Below, piece by piece: positions 43,418 to 55,230 of a stretch of DNA of 64,000 bases. Numbering within the stretch: the stretch's first letter is position 1; every line of letters starts with the position of its first letter. Origin of the DNA: Janthinobacterium lividum (GTDB lineage Bacteria > Pseudomonadota > Gammaproteobacteria > Enterobacterales > Enterobacteriaceae); the NCBI GenBank assembly GCA_050954235.1, contig JBPBPJ010000050.1, forward strand, positions 3,974-67,973. Direction: 5' to 3'. Under the pieces are notes generated by a model that saw nothing but the letters and a program-made list of their open reading frames with translations, was not told where the DNA came from and did not search any database. The translations under genes were made by a program, and so were the position numbers.

Positions 43418-45085
43418 ATGAATAAAATTGTAGTTATGAGAAAAGATATGACTCAATATATCACCAATATGCTTGTTTATAACGTCAAATCGTTAGATGT
43501 TTTATTTACAAAAGATATTATAATTACCAATACAATTCCCGTTAAACAAAGTTTTCTAGTATCTATTTTTTTGTCCTGGCTTCCTTTTTTTTTACTGATA
43601 GTTCTGTTTTTTTGTTTTGTAAAATATTCACAAATTAGTAATGGAATAGGATCTTTGTTCTTTGGTAAAAGTAAAGCTAAAATGTTATCTAATAACACCA
43701 TGAAAATTACTTTTTTAGATGTAGCGGGTTGCAATGAAGCAAAAGAAGATGTTTCAGAATTAGTAGAATATTTAAAAGAACCTCAAAAATTTAAAAAATT
43801 AGGAGGTAAAATTCCTAAGGGAATTTTACTAGTTGGTCCCCCAGGTACTGGAAAAACATTATTAGCCAAAGCAGTCGCTGGAGAAGCTAATGTTCCTTTT
43901 TTTACAATTTCAGGCTCTGATTTTGTAGAAATGTTCGTCGGCGTCGGAGCCGCTCGCGTCAGAGATATGTTTAAAAATTCTAGAAAACATTCTCCTTGTA
44001 TAATTTTTATAGATGAAATTGATGCTGTTGGAAGAAAAAGAGGAATAGGAGTTAGTGGAGGTAACGAAGAGCGCGAGCAAACATTAAATCAAATATTAGT
44101 AGAAATGGATGGTTTTGAAGGTAATGAAGGAGTCATTATAATTGCTGCTACTAATAGACAAGATGTCCTAGATCCAGCCTTGTTAAGACCAGGTAGGTTT
44201 GATCGTCAAATTGTAATTCCATTACCCGATGTTTTTGGCAGGGAAGAAATTTTAAAAATTCATATGCGTAAAGTAGCTATTGCAAATGACGTTATTCCAA
44301 TGGTTATTGCAAGAGGTACTCCTGGTTTTTCCGGGGCTGATTTAGCTAATTTAGTAAATGAATCAGCTTTATTGGCAGCTCGTGGCAATAAAACTATAAT
44401 TTCTATGATAGAGCTCGAAAAATCTAAAGATAAAATCATGATGGGTTCTGAAAGAAGATCCATGGTTATGACAGAAAGTCATAAAGAATCTATTGCTTAT
44501 CATGAATCTGGACATGCTATTGTAGGTAGATTAGTTCCTGGTCATGATCCTGTTCATAAAGTTACTATTATTCCACGTGAAAAATCTTTAGGAGTAACTG
44601 TATTTTTACCAAAAGGTGATGTATTTAGTTTAAATCGTCAAACATTAGAAAGTCAGATCTCTACTTTGTATGGCGGGCGAATAGCAGAAGAAATTATTTA
44701 TGGATCTAATAAAATTTCTACTGGAGCACATCATGATATTAAAGTAGCTACTAGCTTAGCACGAAAAATGATTACTAAATGGGGTTTTTCAGATAAATTA
44801 GGACCTATTTTATATGCAGAAAAGGATCCAGAATTTTCTTTAGATAATTCTACATCTCAATTAAAACGTTTTTCTGATAAAACAATTCGTATTATTGATA
44901 AAGAAATACAATTATTAGTTAAAGAAAATTATCAACGTGCAAAAAAAATTTTGCATGAAAATATAGATATTTTACATGCTATGAAAGATGCTTTAATGAA
45001 GTATGAAACTATTAATTCTTTACAAATTGATGATTTAATGTCTAGAAAACTAGTTCGTGAACCTGATGGCTGGAATTTGCGTTAA
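43418..45085 (+). CDS. ftsH: ATP-dependent zinc metalloprotease FtsH, apparently lacking the first transmembrane helix
   Basis: [39 protein letters not shown]. The ORF begins mid-periplasmic domain with only one hydrophobic helix. Confidence 0.95.
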   Translation: MNKIVVMRKDMTQYITNMLVYNVKSLDVLFTKDIIITNTIPVKQSFLVSIFLSWLPFFLLIVLFFCFVKYSQISNGIGSLFFGKSKAKMLSNNTMKITFLDVAGCNEAKEDVSELVEYLKEPQKFKKLGGKIPKGILLVGPPGTGKTLLAKAVAGEANVPFFTISGSDFVEMFVGVGAARVRDMFKNSRKHSPCIIFIDEIDAVGRKRGIGVSGGNEEREQTLNQILVEMDGFEGNEGVIIIAATNRQDVLDPALLRPGRFDRQIVIPLPDVFGREEILKIHMRKVAIANDVIPMVIARGTPGFSGADLANLVNESALLAARGNKTIISMIELEKSKDKIMMGSERRSMVMTESHKESIAYHESGHAIVGRLVPGHDPVHKVTIIPREKSLGVTVFLPKGDVFSLNRQTLESQISTLYGGRIAEEIIYGSNKISTGAHHDIKVATSLARKMITKWGFSDKLGPILYAEKDPEFSLDNSTSQLKRFSDKTIRIIDKEIQLLVKENYQRAKKILHENIDILHAMKDALMKYETINSLQIDDLMSRKLVREPDGWNLR

Positions 45086-45241
45086 GTTTTTATTTAATTA
45101 ATCTTAATTGAAATTGTTTATGCTTTTTTCAAAATAATAAAATTTTGTACAGGAATAATAATTTAGATATTTATATAGACACTATTGTGATAAGTATCAC
45201 ATATATTTTTATAAGTATTTATAATTATTATGATAATAATG

Positions 45242-45275
45242 CAATGATATCTATTTTATTAAATAGATATCATTG
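45242..45275. repeat. Perfect 15-bp inverted repeat in the ftsH-secG spacer; possible terminator
   Basis: caatgatatctattt tatt aaatagatatcattg. Confidence 0.8.
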
Positions 45276-46084
45276 ATACGTTATAGTAATCATACATATT
45301 ATATTATGTTTTTTATGTATGCATTTAATATATATTATTTATTAAATTTTCAGAAAATATTTTAATGATTTTTAATTAACATAATTAATATTGATTTTGT
45401 ATTAAATTTAACTTTTTTTATATTTTTTATCAATACTTTACATTTATAAAGATATGTAAAAAAAATATATATTTTTTAATATTTTAAATATATTGTTTAT
45501 TTATAAATAGTGCCTAGTTATACATGTAAACTTGGTTGTAGTTATAATTTACAATAGATATTTTAATTGGTACATTATTAATAAAATTTTTATTTATATC
45601 GTAAATATTTTTATAAATAAAAAATAAAATTGTATTTCTTATAAGAAGTAATATTTAATTTTATTAACAATACATTTTAACAATGTATATAAATATATTT
45701 TATATGTGAATTTTGTTTGAAAAATTCGTAGAGGTATAACTATATGTAGTTCTTTTTGTTATTGGTCATATATTTTATATATTTTATTTAAAAAAATTTA
45801 TTCTTTAAGCATTTTATATAAAAAAATATATTTTTATATTTAATATTATAATAATTATTATAATGATATATATTTAACATATAAATATATATATATCATA
45901 TTTGGTTAATAGATACATAAAAAATATTTCATATAGTGCTTTTATTTATATATAATTGTATAATATATATAAATAAAAGAACTATGTTTATTAGTTTGTT
46001 AAGTGTATACATGACAAATTCAGTTTGTTATTTTATAATAAAAATATAATATAAAGTTATTAAATGGTATATATGGTGTTTTAT

Positions 46085-46333
46085 ATGCATCTTTTTTTAT
46101 TGATTACATTTACTTTTGTTTCTTTTTTTTTAATTTCGATTGTTATGTTTCAATTTAGTTCTGGAAATAATTTGTCTACCAGCACTAGTGATTATTCCTC
46201 GCAATTATTTACTGAGAATTCAAAAAGTTACGTCATGACATACATAGTCTTAATCTTGTTGACTTTATTTTTTATAGTTAATTTATTATTATGTAGATAT
46301 AGTGTATGGACTATTAATCATTTAAAGATATAG
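46085..46333 (+). CDS. secG: Preprotein translocase subunit SecG
   Basis: Two hydrophobic helices separated by a Gly/Ser linker; immediately upstream of tRNA-Leu(GAG), as in secG-leuU. Confidence 0.8.
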   Translation: MHLFLLITFTFVSFFLISIVMFQFSSGNNLSTSTSDYSSQLFTENSKSYVMTYIVLILLTLFFIVNLLLCRYSVWTINHLKI

Positions 46334-46484
46334 TTTTTATATAAATTTTTATTTATCATTTCAATTTATATTATACCAGTATTTTTTAATAGTAATTATT
46401 TTTTATAATAAAAATATTTGTTTTTATAATTATTTTTTTTAAATAATTATATATTTATATATTTTATTGGTATTTAATATTTTA

Positions 46485-46574
46485 ACCGAAGTGGTGAAAC
46501 TGGTAGACACGCTATCTTGAGGGGATAGTACTTAATTTTAAATAGGTGTGTGGGTTCAATTCCCACCTTCGGTA
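46485..46574 (+). tRNA. tRNA-Leu (GAG)
   Basis: ACCGAAG...CTTCGGT-A, anticodon arm CTATC TT GAG GG GATAG, long variable arm. Confidence 0.93.
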
Positions 46575-46650
46575 CTAATTGTATTTTTTTTTCTTTCTTT
46601 CTTGATTTGATATTATGATTATTTACATTATAACAGTTATTTAATATTTT

Positions 46651-46675
46651 AACCCCGAAAAAATCGGGGTTTTTT
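46651..46675 (+). terminator. Rho-independent terminator after secG and tRNA-Leu
   Basis: aaccccga aaaaa tcggggtt followed by a T run. Confidence 0.8.
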
Positions 46676-46863
46676 GTTACAATTTTTTATATGAAAAAAT
46701 GTTATTTAGTACTGTTTATTATAAAAATAAATACACTTAGTGCATATTCAAAATTTCTCAATAATAAATGCTAATACCTACTTAGGTAAACAAAAGTTCT
46801 TTTTCTTTGAATTTTTTATTTAGTTGAATACATCCACTTTAATTTAAGAATAAAGGAAAGGAT

Positions 46864-48351
46864 ATGAACAAAGAAATATTATCTGTAGTAGATGCTGTTT
46901 CACACGAAAAATCTATTCCAAGAGAAAAAATTTTTGAAGCTTTAGAAAGTGCTTTAGCAATTGCTACTAAAAAAAAATATGGTCAAGATATTAATATTAG
47001 AGTGTACATAAATCGTAAAACTGGTAGCTATAATACATATCGAAGATGGCTAGTGGTAAATATTGTATCTAATCCAACTAAAGAAATTACATTAGATGCA
47101 GCGCGTCTTGAAAATCAAACTATACAGTTACATGATTATGTTGAAGATTGTATTAATTCTGTAATTTTTGATCGTATTGCTACTCAAATAGCTAAACAAG
47201 TTATTATACAAAAAGTTAGAGAAGCTGAACACGAGATTCTGGTGAATCGTTTTTATGAACAAAAAGGTCGAATTATTGTCGGAATAGTTAAAAAAATTAA
47301 TAGAGATTATATTATTTTGGATGTTGGTAATAATATTGAAGGTATTGTTATGCGTGAGGATATGTTACCTAGAGAAAATTTTAGAATTAATGATCGAGTT
47401 CGTGGTTTATTATATGATATCTCACATGAATCACGTGGAACATATTTACTCATTAGTAGATCTAAATCAGATATGTTAATTGAATTATTTAGAATTGAAG
47501 TTCCAGAAATTGGAGATAAATTGATAGAAATTAAAGCTATTGCGCGTGATCCTGGATCAAGATCTAAGATAGCTGTTACAACTTGCGATAACAGGATTGA
47601 TCCAGTAGGTGCTTGTGTTGGTATAAAAGGGGCTAGAGTACAAGCAGTATCTAATGAATTGTGTGGAGAAAGAATTGATATAATTTTATGGGATAAAAAT
47701 CCAGAAAAATTTGTTATTAATTCTATGTCACCTGCTGATGTTTCATCGATTACCCTGGATGATTATACTCATACTATTAATGTATCCGTTGAAACATGTA
47801 ATTTAGCTCAGGCTATTGGAAGAAACGGACAAAATGTACGATTAGCTTCACAGTTAACTGGATGGGAGTTAAATATCATGACTTCTAATAATTTACATGA
47901 ACAGAATGAAATAGAAAAACAAGATTTTTTTTGTTTTTGTAAAAATCAATTAAATTTGAATAAGAATGATGTTTTACTATTATTACGTTCAGGATTTTCT
48001 TCAATACAAGATATTGCTAATGCTTCTACACATACATTATTATCAGTTACAGGTATTAAAAGTGATATTATTCTGCAAGTACAGAGAAAAGCAATAGTTA
48101 TTTTAAAAAAAAATCAAGAAAAACTGGTAAATAAACTCAAAAAAAATTTTTTAAATTCAGAATTGTTGCGTTTAAAAAATATTGATGGACGTATAATCCA
48201 ACAATTAACAGAAAAAAAAATATATACTTTAGAACACTTAGCTGAACAAAGCATTGATGACTTGAATGATATTTCGGTATTGACTTCTACTCAAGCTGGA
48301 CAATTAATTATGGAAGCTCGTAATATTTGTTGGTTTAATGAGCACAAATAA
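46864..48351 (+). CDS. nusA: Transcription factor NusA
   Basis: [54 protein letters not shown]. Confidence 0.98.
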   Translation: MNKEILSVVDAVSHEKSIPREKIFEALESALAIATKKKYGQDINIRVYINRKTGSYNTYRRWLVVNIVSNPTKEITLDAARLENQTIQLHDYVEDCINSVIFDRIATQIAKQVIIQKVREAEHEILVNRFYEQKGRIIVGIVKKINRDYIILDVGNNIEGIVMREDMLPRENFRINDRVRGLLYDISHESRGTYLLISRSKSDMLIELFRIEVPEIGDKLIEIKAIARDPGSRSKIAVTTCDNRIDPVGACVGIKGARVQAVSNELCGERIDIILWDKNPEKFVINSMSPADVSSITLDDYTHTINVSVETCNLAQAIGRNGQNVRLASQLTGWELNIMTSNNLHEQNEIEKQDFFCFCKNQLNLNKNDVLLLLRSGFSSIQDIANASTHTLLSVTGIKSDIILQVQRKAIVILKKNQEKLVNKLKKNFLNSELLRLKNIDGRIIQQLTEKKIYTLEHLAEQSIDDLNDISVLTSTQAGQLIMEARNICWFNEHK

Positions 48352-48676
48352 TCTAGATTTCAAATAACATAATTAATTATGTATGTAATTATGAATGTAA
48401 AAAATAATCATTATATTTTTATCAAATATTTATGTAATATGTGTTAATAACTAACACTTGATCTATATAGGTATTTACTATATATGCAAATATAGCATTT
48501 TATTCGCATAAAAAATAATTTTAAAAAAAAATATTTTCAGGGGAAGTAATTCTTATATATTAATAATTTTATATATAGTTTTATGTGGATATTCATTAAA
48601 ATATTATTTTTAATAAAATTTTTATAATATTAATTATGAATTAAATTTACTTTTAAATAAAGAGATAATTTTACCG

Positions 48677-50887
48677 GTGAAATTGAAAAAATCAAGAGAT
48701 AAGCATGATAATAGATCATTAAAGCAAGATAAAAAAAAATTATCAATAAATTTAAAAAAAAAATTTATACAGCCAATAAACTCAAAATCTGTTAAGTCAA
48801 ATCTTCCTTTTAAAGCACGAAATGAAAAAAATAATAGCGGTTTATTTAAAAAGTTTACGAATAAAAAAATATCAGATCATAATCAATTTAATAAAAAAAA
48901 TGTATTAAAGAGTAAACAAGTTAATTCTGTTTTCACTCTGGACACAAATAAAACAAATAATTTTATTGATAAAAAAAGATTTATTCCAATTATTAATATT
49001 CGCAAAAATAAAAAAAACAATGCTATTCATTCGTTTAAAGGATCTGATAGACGTTCTTTAAGTTATCCTAAAAAAAATAAATTATATACAGTTCAAAATT
49101 CTATTTTACAGCAAAAATTTAATAAACCTTTAGGAACTGTATATAAAAAGATAATTATAAGAAATTCTATTTCTGTATTAGAATTATCTAATAAGATGGC
49201 AATAAAGCATTCTTATTTAATTAAAATATTACTAAAATTAGGAATTTCATCAACTATTAATAAAATATTAGATCCAAGTACAGCTCAATTAGTTGCTGAA
49301 GAAATGGGTTATATAGTACATATACACCAAGATAACGATTTAGAAACTTCTGTAATGCAAGATCGTTATTTAGGAGATACTGAGAAAAAGTCTCGTCCAC
49401 CAATAGTAACTATGATTGGACATGTAGATCATGGAAAAACTTCTCTACTGGACTACATTCGAGCAACCACGGTTGCCTCTAGAGAAGCGGGTGGAATCAC
49501 ACAATGTATTGGAGCTTATCATGTTAAAACATCTCAAGGTATTATTACATTCTTAGATACTCCTGGTCATGCTGCTTTTACGGCTATGCGAGCTAGAGGT
49601 ACTAAAATTACTGACATAGTTATTCTAGTAATTGCCGCAGATGACGGAGTTATGCCTCAAACAATAGAAGCGATTCAACACGCAAATATTGCGCAAGTAC
49701 CGATAATAGTTGCTATTAATAAAGTTGATAAAACATTATCTAATGTAGATAAAATTAAAAAAGAATTAATGAAATATTCAATTATTTCTGAAGAATTAGG
49801 AGGAGATAATATATTTGTTTTAGTTTCAGCTAAAACTGGATTAGGTATTGATAACCTGTTATCTGCAATTTTATTACAAGCAGAAATGTTAGAATTAAAA
49901 GCAGCATATTCTGGGATGGCTACAGGAGTAGTGGTTGAATCCTATTTAGATTCTAAATGTGGTCCAGTAGCCACTGTATTAGTACATACCGGTATTTTAA
50001 AAATACATGACATAATTATTTGTGGTTTAGAATATGGAAAAATAAAATTACTCAGAGATGAATTTCATAAAAATATATTATCTGCTGGTCCATCTATTCC
50101 GGTAGAAGTTTTTGGTTTATCAGGAGTACCAAAAACAGGAGATACACTGTTTGTTGTTCGTAATGAAAAACAGGCTAGAAAAGTATCATTATGGCGTAAA
50201 TTAAAATCTAGAGAAAAAAAATTCTCATATAAGAAAAAAATTGATTTAGATAATTTATTTAAAAAAGTTAACATAAAAAAAAATTCGAATTTAAATATTG
50301 TGTTAAAAACAGACACTCAAGGTTCTTTAGAAGTAATATCAGATTCTTTGAATTTAATGTCTAATAGTATTGTTAAGATTAATATTATTGCTTCTGGAGT
50401 AGGGGCAATTACAGAAACTGATGTATGTTTAAGTTTGACAACAACATCGATGTTAGTAGGATTTAATGTTAGAGCTGATGTTTCTGCAAAAAAAATTATA
50501 GAATTAGAAAATTTAAATGTTAGGTATTATTCAATAATATATAATTTAATTAATGATATTAAAACATTTATGTCAGGTTTATCCATACCCTCTGATAAAC
50601 AGATAGTAATTGGATTAGCAGAAGTTAGAAGTATATTTAAAGCACCTAAATTTGGTTTAATAGCTGGATGTATGGTAAAAGAAGGAATTATTAAAAAAAC
50701 AAACCCTATTAGAGTATTACGTAATAATATTGTTGTATATGAAGGAGAATTAGAATCTTTACGTCGATTCAAAGAAGATGTTTTAGAAGTACGACATGGA
50801 GTTGAATGTGGTATAGGAGTAAAAAATTATAATGATATTTGCATAGGTGATATTGTTGAGGTTTTTCAGATAGTTAAAAATGATTGA
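48677..50887 (+). CDS. infB: Translation initiation factor IF-2, N-terminally short (736 aa)
   Basis: [37 protein letters not shown]. Confidence 0.96.
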   Translation: MKLKKSRDKHDNRSLKQDKKKLSINLKKKFIQPINSKSVKSNLPFKARNEKNNSGLFKKFTNKKISDHNQFNKKNVLKSKQVNSVFTLDTNKTNNFIDKKRFIPIINIRKNKKNNAIHSFKGSDRRSLSYPKKNKLYTVQNSILQQKFNKPLGTVYKKIIIRNSISVLELSNKMAIKHSYLIKILLKLGISSTINKILDPSTAQLVAEEMGYIVHIHQDNDLETSVMQDRYLGDTEKKSRPPIVTMIGHVDHGKTSLLDYIRATTVASREAGGITQCIGAYHVKTSQGIITFLDTPGHAAFTAMRARGTKITDIVILVIAADDGVMPQTIEAIQHANIAQVPIIVAINKVDKTLSNVDKIKKELMKYSIISEELGGDNIFVLVSAKTGLGIDNLLSAILLQAEMLELKAAYSGMATGVVVESYLDSKCGPVATVLVHTGILKIHDIIICGLEYGKIKLLRDEFHKNILSAGPSIPVEVFGLSGVPKTGDTLFVVRNEKQARKVSLWRKLKSREKKFSYKKKIDLDNLFKKVNIKKNSNLNIVLKTDTQGSLEVISDSLNLMSNSIVKINIIASGVGAITETDVCLSLTTTSMLVGFNVRADVSAKKIIELENLNVRYYSIIYNLINDIKTFMSGLSIPSDKQIVIGLAEVRSIFKAPKFGLIAGCMVKEGIIKKTNPIRVLRNNIVVYEGELESLRRFKEDVLEVRHGVECGIGVKNYNDICIGDIVEVFQIVKND

Positions 50888-50961
50888 TGTTTTTTCATAT
50901 TAAATTGTGAATTTATTTTTATGATTTTATATAAATACATATATTTTATATAGGAAATAAT

Positions 50962-51321
50962 ATGTTAAAAGATTTTAGTCGATCTATGAGGTTAGAACGT
51001 AGTTTGCATAAGGAAATTGCTGCAATTATTCAACAAAAAATAAGAGATCCTAGGTTAAACTCTTTAATAACAATAGTAGAAGTAAAATTATCTACGGATT
51101 TAAGTTATGCTAAAATATTCTTTACATGTTTACATGATCAAGATAAATACAGAATACAATCAATATTAGATATTTTACAAAAATCTACAGGTTTTATTCG
51201 TTCACTTATAAACAAGAATATATATTTACGCGTTATTCCTAATTTATGCTTTATTCACGACGTTTCTTTTTCTAATGGAATATTAATTTCTCAGCTTATT
51301 AAAAAAAGCAAATTATATTAG
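50962..51321 (+). CDS. rbfA: Ribosome-binding factor A
   Basis: RDPRL, DLSYAKIF, IPNL.F..D.S; follows infB. Confidence 0.95.
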   Translation: MLKDFSRSMRLERSLHKEIAAIIQQKIRDPRLNSLITIVEVKLSTDLSYAKIFFTCLHDQDKYRIQSILDILQKSTGFIRSLINKNIYLRVIPNLCFIHDVSFSNGILISQLIKKSKLY

Positions 51322-51362
51322 TATATAAAAATGTTGAATTGATATGTATATAGGTTAAAAAT

Positions 51363-52298
51363 ATGGATTATCAAAGTAATAAAAATAATTCTGGAATATT
51401 ATTGCTAGATAAACCAAAAGGTATTTCATCTAATTGCACATTACAACATGTTAAAAAAATTTTTTATGCTAGAAAAGCGGGCTATACTGGATCTTTAGAT
51501 CCTTTAGCTACAGGAATTTTACCGATTTTATTTGGTCCGGCAACAAAATTTTCTGAATATTTAACAAATTCAATAAAAAAATATCATGTAATAGCAAAAT
51601 TGGGAGTAATTACTACTACTGGAGATTTATCCGGAGCTATTTTACAAAATCGATTGGTACATGTAACAGAACCTCAGATTAGTTCTGTTTTGAATAGTTT
51701 TATTGGAAAAATTGAACAAGTTCCGCCTATGTTTTCGGCAATTAAATATTATGGAGTTCCATTGTACAAATATGCTCGATTAGGCATATTTTTTCCACTT
51801 AAAAAAAGAGAGGTAATGATTTATAAGTTAAATTTTATTCAATATATTGATAGTTTTTTAGAGTTTACGGTATCTTGTTCTAAAGGGACATATGTACGTA
51901 GTTTGGCGCAAGATATTGGTAAACGATTAAAATGTGGTGCGCATGTTGTTTTTTTGCGTCGGATACAAGTAGGACCTTATTGTTCGTCTCAGTTAGTAAA
52001 GTTACATGATTTATATTTTGTTGAAAATAAAAATATAAATCAAATACATCGTTTTTATTTGCGTAGTATGTTGCACACGTTTTTATTACCTGTAAGTTCT
52101 ATGTTTTTAAAATATCCTTCAGTAACATTATTTCATGAAGATATAAAAAATTTTCAAAAAAATATGAGTATATCTGTATTAAAGATGTATAAAACAGGTT
52201 TGGTGCGAGTAATTACAGGAATAAATAGTATATTTTTAGGGATCGGAATAATAAATAAATTAGGGATATTGATTCCAAAATGTATTTTAATGAATTAG
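51363..52298 (+). CDS. truB: tRNA pseudouridine-55 synthase
   Basis: LLLDKPKG, TGSLDPLATG, QVPPMFSAIKYYG, CSKGTYVRSL. Confidence 0.96.
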   Translation: MDYQSNKNNSGILLLDKPKGISSNCTLQHVKKIFYARKAGYTGSLDPLATGILPILFGPATKFSEYLTNSIKKYHVIAKLGVITTTGDLSGAILQNRLVHVTEPQISSVLNSFIGKIEQVPPMFSAIKYYGVPLYKYARLGIFFPLKKREVMIYKLNFIQYIDSFLEFTVSCSKGTYVRSLAQDIGKRLKCGAHVVFLRRIQVGPYCSSQLVKLHDLYFVENKNINQIHRFYLRSMLHTFLLPVSSMFLKYPSVTLFHEDIKNFQKNMSISVLKMYKTGLVRVITGINSIFLGIGIINKLGILIPKCILMN

Positions 52299-52370
52299 AT
52301 TTTTTTTATGAATTATTTAAATATTTATGTAATTATTATTTAGGATAAAGTTTTGTATGGAGTTTTACAT

Positions 52371-52640
52371 ATGTTAAAAAATATACTAGAAACACAAAAT
52401 TTAATTTTAAAATATGGTAAATTGCACACCAATAGTGGTAGTACGTCAGTACAAGTTGCTTTATTGACCAGAAAAATAAATTATTTACAAAAACACTTCA
52501 CTGAACATAGAGAAGATCACTGTGGTCGTAGAGGATTGTTAAAAATGGTTTCTCGGCGTAGAAAATTATTAGATTATATAAAATCAAAAAAACATTCCAT
52601 TTATCTTTTTTTAATTAAAGATCTTGGTTTACGTTATTAA
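52371..52640 (+). CDS. rpsO: 30S ribosomal protein S15
   Basis: [38 protein letters not shown] precedes ATG 52371. Confidence 0.97.
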   Translation: MLKNILETQNLILKYGKLHTNSGSTSVQVALLTRKINYLQKHFTEHREDHCGRRGLLKMVSRRRKLLDYIKSKKHSIYLFLIKDLGLRY

Positions 52641-52701
52641 ATATACTATAAAATATGTATTTATAATATTAAAATTTATTAAAAATAGAGTATAATTTGT
52701 G

Positions 52702-52734
52702 TAAAGAAAAGAGCTGTTGCAGCTCTTTTCTTTA
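52702..52734 (+). terminator. rpsO terminator/attenuator hairpin between rpsO and pnp
   Basis: taaagaaaagagctg ttg cagctcttttcttta is a perfect 15-bp stem with a U-rich 3' arm. Confidence 0.8.
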
Positions 52735-52859
52735 TGTATATAAATATTATTAAAATTATAGTTTTATTTTTTTTTAAAAATTTTTATCAAAAAATATGAT
52801 TTTTTATGTTGTTTAAAATATTTTTTAAATTAATTTATCTTTATTTAAGGATGTAGATT

Positions 52860-54962
52860 TTGTTAAAACCAATTATACATACATTTAAATATGGTAAACA
52901 TTCTGTTAGTTTAGAAACTGGTATGATAGCTCGACAAGCTACTGCTTCAGTTTTAGCTAGTATGGATGATACTACTGCCTTGATTACTGTAGTAAGTGGG
53001 GCAACTCCTGTTTTATCTGGACAAAAGTTTTTTCCGTTAATTGTAAATTACCAAGAACGTACGTATGCTGCTGGTAGAATTCCTGGTGGATTTTTTCGTC
53101 GTGAAGGAAGACCCAGTGAAAATGAAATTTTAATTTCTAGATTAATTGACAGACCTATTCGTCCTTTGTTTCCTAAAGATTTTTTCAATGAAGTACAAAT
53201 TATTGTAACAGTTATTTCGGTAAATCCTCAAATTAATCCAGACATAATTTCTATTATTGGTGTATCTGCTGCTTTATGTATATCCGGTTTACCATTTTCA
53301 GGTCCTATAGGAGCAGCTCGTGTTGGATTAATAGATAATGAATATATTTTAAATCCATCAGTAGAAATTATTAAAAATAGTTGTCTAGATTTAGTAGTTT
53401 CTGGAACAAAAAAAAATATTTTAATGGTTGAAGCAGAAGCTAATATATTATCCGAAGAAAATATTTTACAAGCTATTTTGTTTGGTCATGACAAACAAAA
53501 ATTACTAATTGACAATATTTTTACTTTTTCTAAAAAAGCTAATAAAATTCCTAATTTTGATTTTATTAAAAATAAGCCCGATAAAAATTTTTATAATTTA
53601 GTATCCAAAAAATTTAGTAAAGATATTGAATCGGCATATCGTATTTTTATAAAACAAGATCGATTAAGTAAATTAAGTGATATTAAGCAAAAAATAGTTA
53701 TAGATTTGCTAAATGATGATGATACTTTAACAAATTTTAAAATTGAAGAAAATATTTATGCTTTAGAACGTAATATAGTTCGTCAACGTGTTTTAAAAGA
53801 AAATTTAAGAATTGATGGTCGTATAAATCATGTAATTAGACCAATTGATGTAAGAACAGGTGTTCTTCCTCGTGTTCATGGATCTGCTTTATTTACTAGA
53901 GGAGAAACACAAGCTCTAGTATCTGCAACGCTGGGTACTTCTAGGGATGCGCAGAATCTAGATGATCTTTTGGGAGATAGAACTGATAATTTTATATTTC
54001 ATTATAATTTCCCTCCCTATTCTGTAGGTGAAATAGGAATAGTCGGATCACCTAAAAGAAGAGAAATAGGTCATGGAAAATTAGCTAAACGTAGTTTTGT
54101 AGCGGTTATGCCAAATATTGAAGAATTTCCATATACAATTCGTTTGGTTTCTGAAATTACAGAATCTAATGGATCATCTTCTATGGCTTCTGTATGCGGT
54201 GCATCTTTAGCTTTAATGGATGCAGGTGTTCCTATTAAATCAGCTATAGCAGGAATTGCTATGGGTTTGATAAAAGAAAAAGATACTTATATAATTTTAT
54301 CAGATATTTTAGGAGATGAAGATTATTTAGGTGACATGGATTTTAAAGTAGCTGGAAGTAGAACCGGGATTACTGCATTACAAATGGATATAAAAATTTC
54401 TGGTATTACTAGTAATATTATTAAAGATGCTTTATATCAAGCAAAAATTGCTAGACTAAAAATTTTAGATATTATGGAAGCTACTTTACAAATACCTAGA
54501 AGCGATATATCGAAATTTGCACCTAGAATATATACCATGAAAATTAATCCAGAAAAAATAAAAGACGTTATTGGAAAAGGAGGATCCACTATCAGAATGT
54601 TGACTGAAGAAACTGGTACTGTTATTGAAATCAAAGATGACGGAATAGTAAAAATATCAGCTACTGTAGGTGAAAAAGCTAAACATGCTATTCGTAGAAT
54701 TAAGGAAATTACAGAAGATATTATAATTGGAAAAATTTATACTGGTAAAGTAACACGTATTTTAGATTTTGGAGCATTTGTTTCTGTTGGTTTTGGAAAA
54801 GAAGGGTTAATACATATTTCACAAATTTCACATAAAAGAATAGATAAAGTAGCGGATTATTTAAAAATAGATCAAATTGTTTCCGTTAAAGTTTTAGAGA
54901 TAGATCGACAAGGAAGAATCCGTTTAAGTATGAAAAATATTGATGTATTAAGTAAAATTTAA
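52860..54962 (+). CDS. pnp: Polyribonucleotide nucleotidyltransferase (PNPase)
   Basis: [43 protein letters not shown] and S1 domains. Confidence 0.98.
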   Translation: MLKPIIHTFKYGKHSVSLETGMIARQATASVLASMDDTTALITVVSGATPVLSGQKFFPLIVNYQERTYAAGRIPGGFFRREGRPSENEILISRLIDRPIRPLFPKDFFNEVQIIVTVISVNPQINPDIISIIGVSAALCISGLPFSGPIGAARVGLIDNEYILNPSVEIIKNSCLDLVVSGTKKNILMVEAEANILSEENILQAILFGHDKQKLLIDNIFTFSKKANKIPNFDFIKNKPDKNFYNLVSKKFSKDIESAYRIFIKQDRLSKLSDIKQKIVIDLLNDDDTLTNFKIEENIYALERNIVRQRVLKENLRIDGRINHVIRPIDVRTGVLPRVHGSALFTRGETQALVSATLGTSRDAQNLDDLLGDRTDNFIFHYNFPPYSVGEIGIVGSPKRREIGHGKLAKRSFVAVMPNIEEFPYTIRLVSEITESNGSSSMASVCGASLALMDAGVPIKSAIAGIAMGLIKEKDTYIILSDILGDEDYLGDMDFKVAGSRTGITALQMDIKISGITSNIIKDALYQAKIARLKILDIMEATLQIPRSDISKFAPRIYTMKINPEKIKDVIGKGGSTIRMLTEETGTVIEIKDDGIVKISATVGEKAKHAIRRIKEITEDIIIGKIYTGKVTRILDFGAFVSVGFGKEGLIHISQISHKRIDKVADYLKIDQIVSVKVLEIDRQGRIRLSMKNIDVLSKI

Positions 54963-55230
54963 ATTTATATATTATACATAATATATTTTATCAGATAGAC
55001 AGACTATCTTATTACTAATATTTATTGTATAATAAATTTTGTTAGTTTGTTTGTTTATGTTCAGTATTTTTGTATTTTAATTATGTTAAATATATCTGTT
55101 ATTTTTAAAAAATTTATATACATTCAATTTAGCCGGTTCATACATTGTTAATGAAAATATATAAAAATTTTCATCATGAGTGATGTAGTATACTGGTCGT
55201 GATTGTAACATAAAGAGGCTTATACTCTGC

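Noticed and set aside
46676-46863. Possible rimP remnant before nusA (CCACTTTAA resembles the end of rimP)
   Set aside because: Only about 9 nt of resemblance and no recoverable reading frame; cannot be supported without an alignment.
51477-51503. TruB motif GHTGxLDP reads GYTGSLDP
   Set aside because: The catalytic Asp is intact and the change is a single conservative aromatic substitution; not enough to infer changed function.
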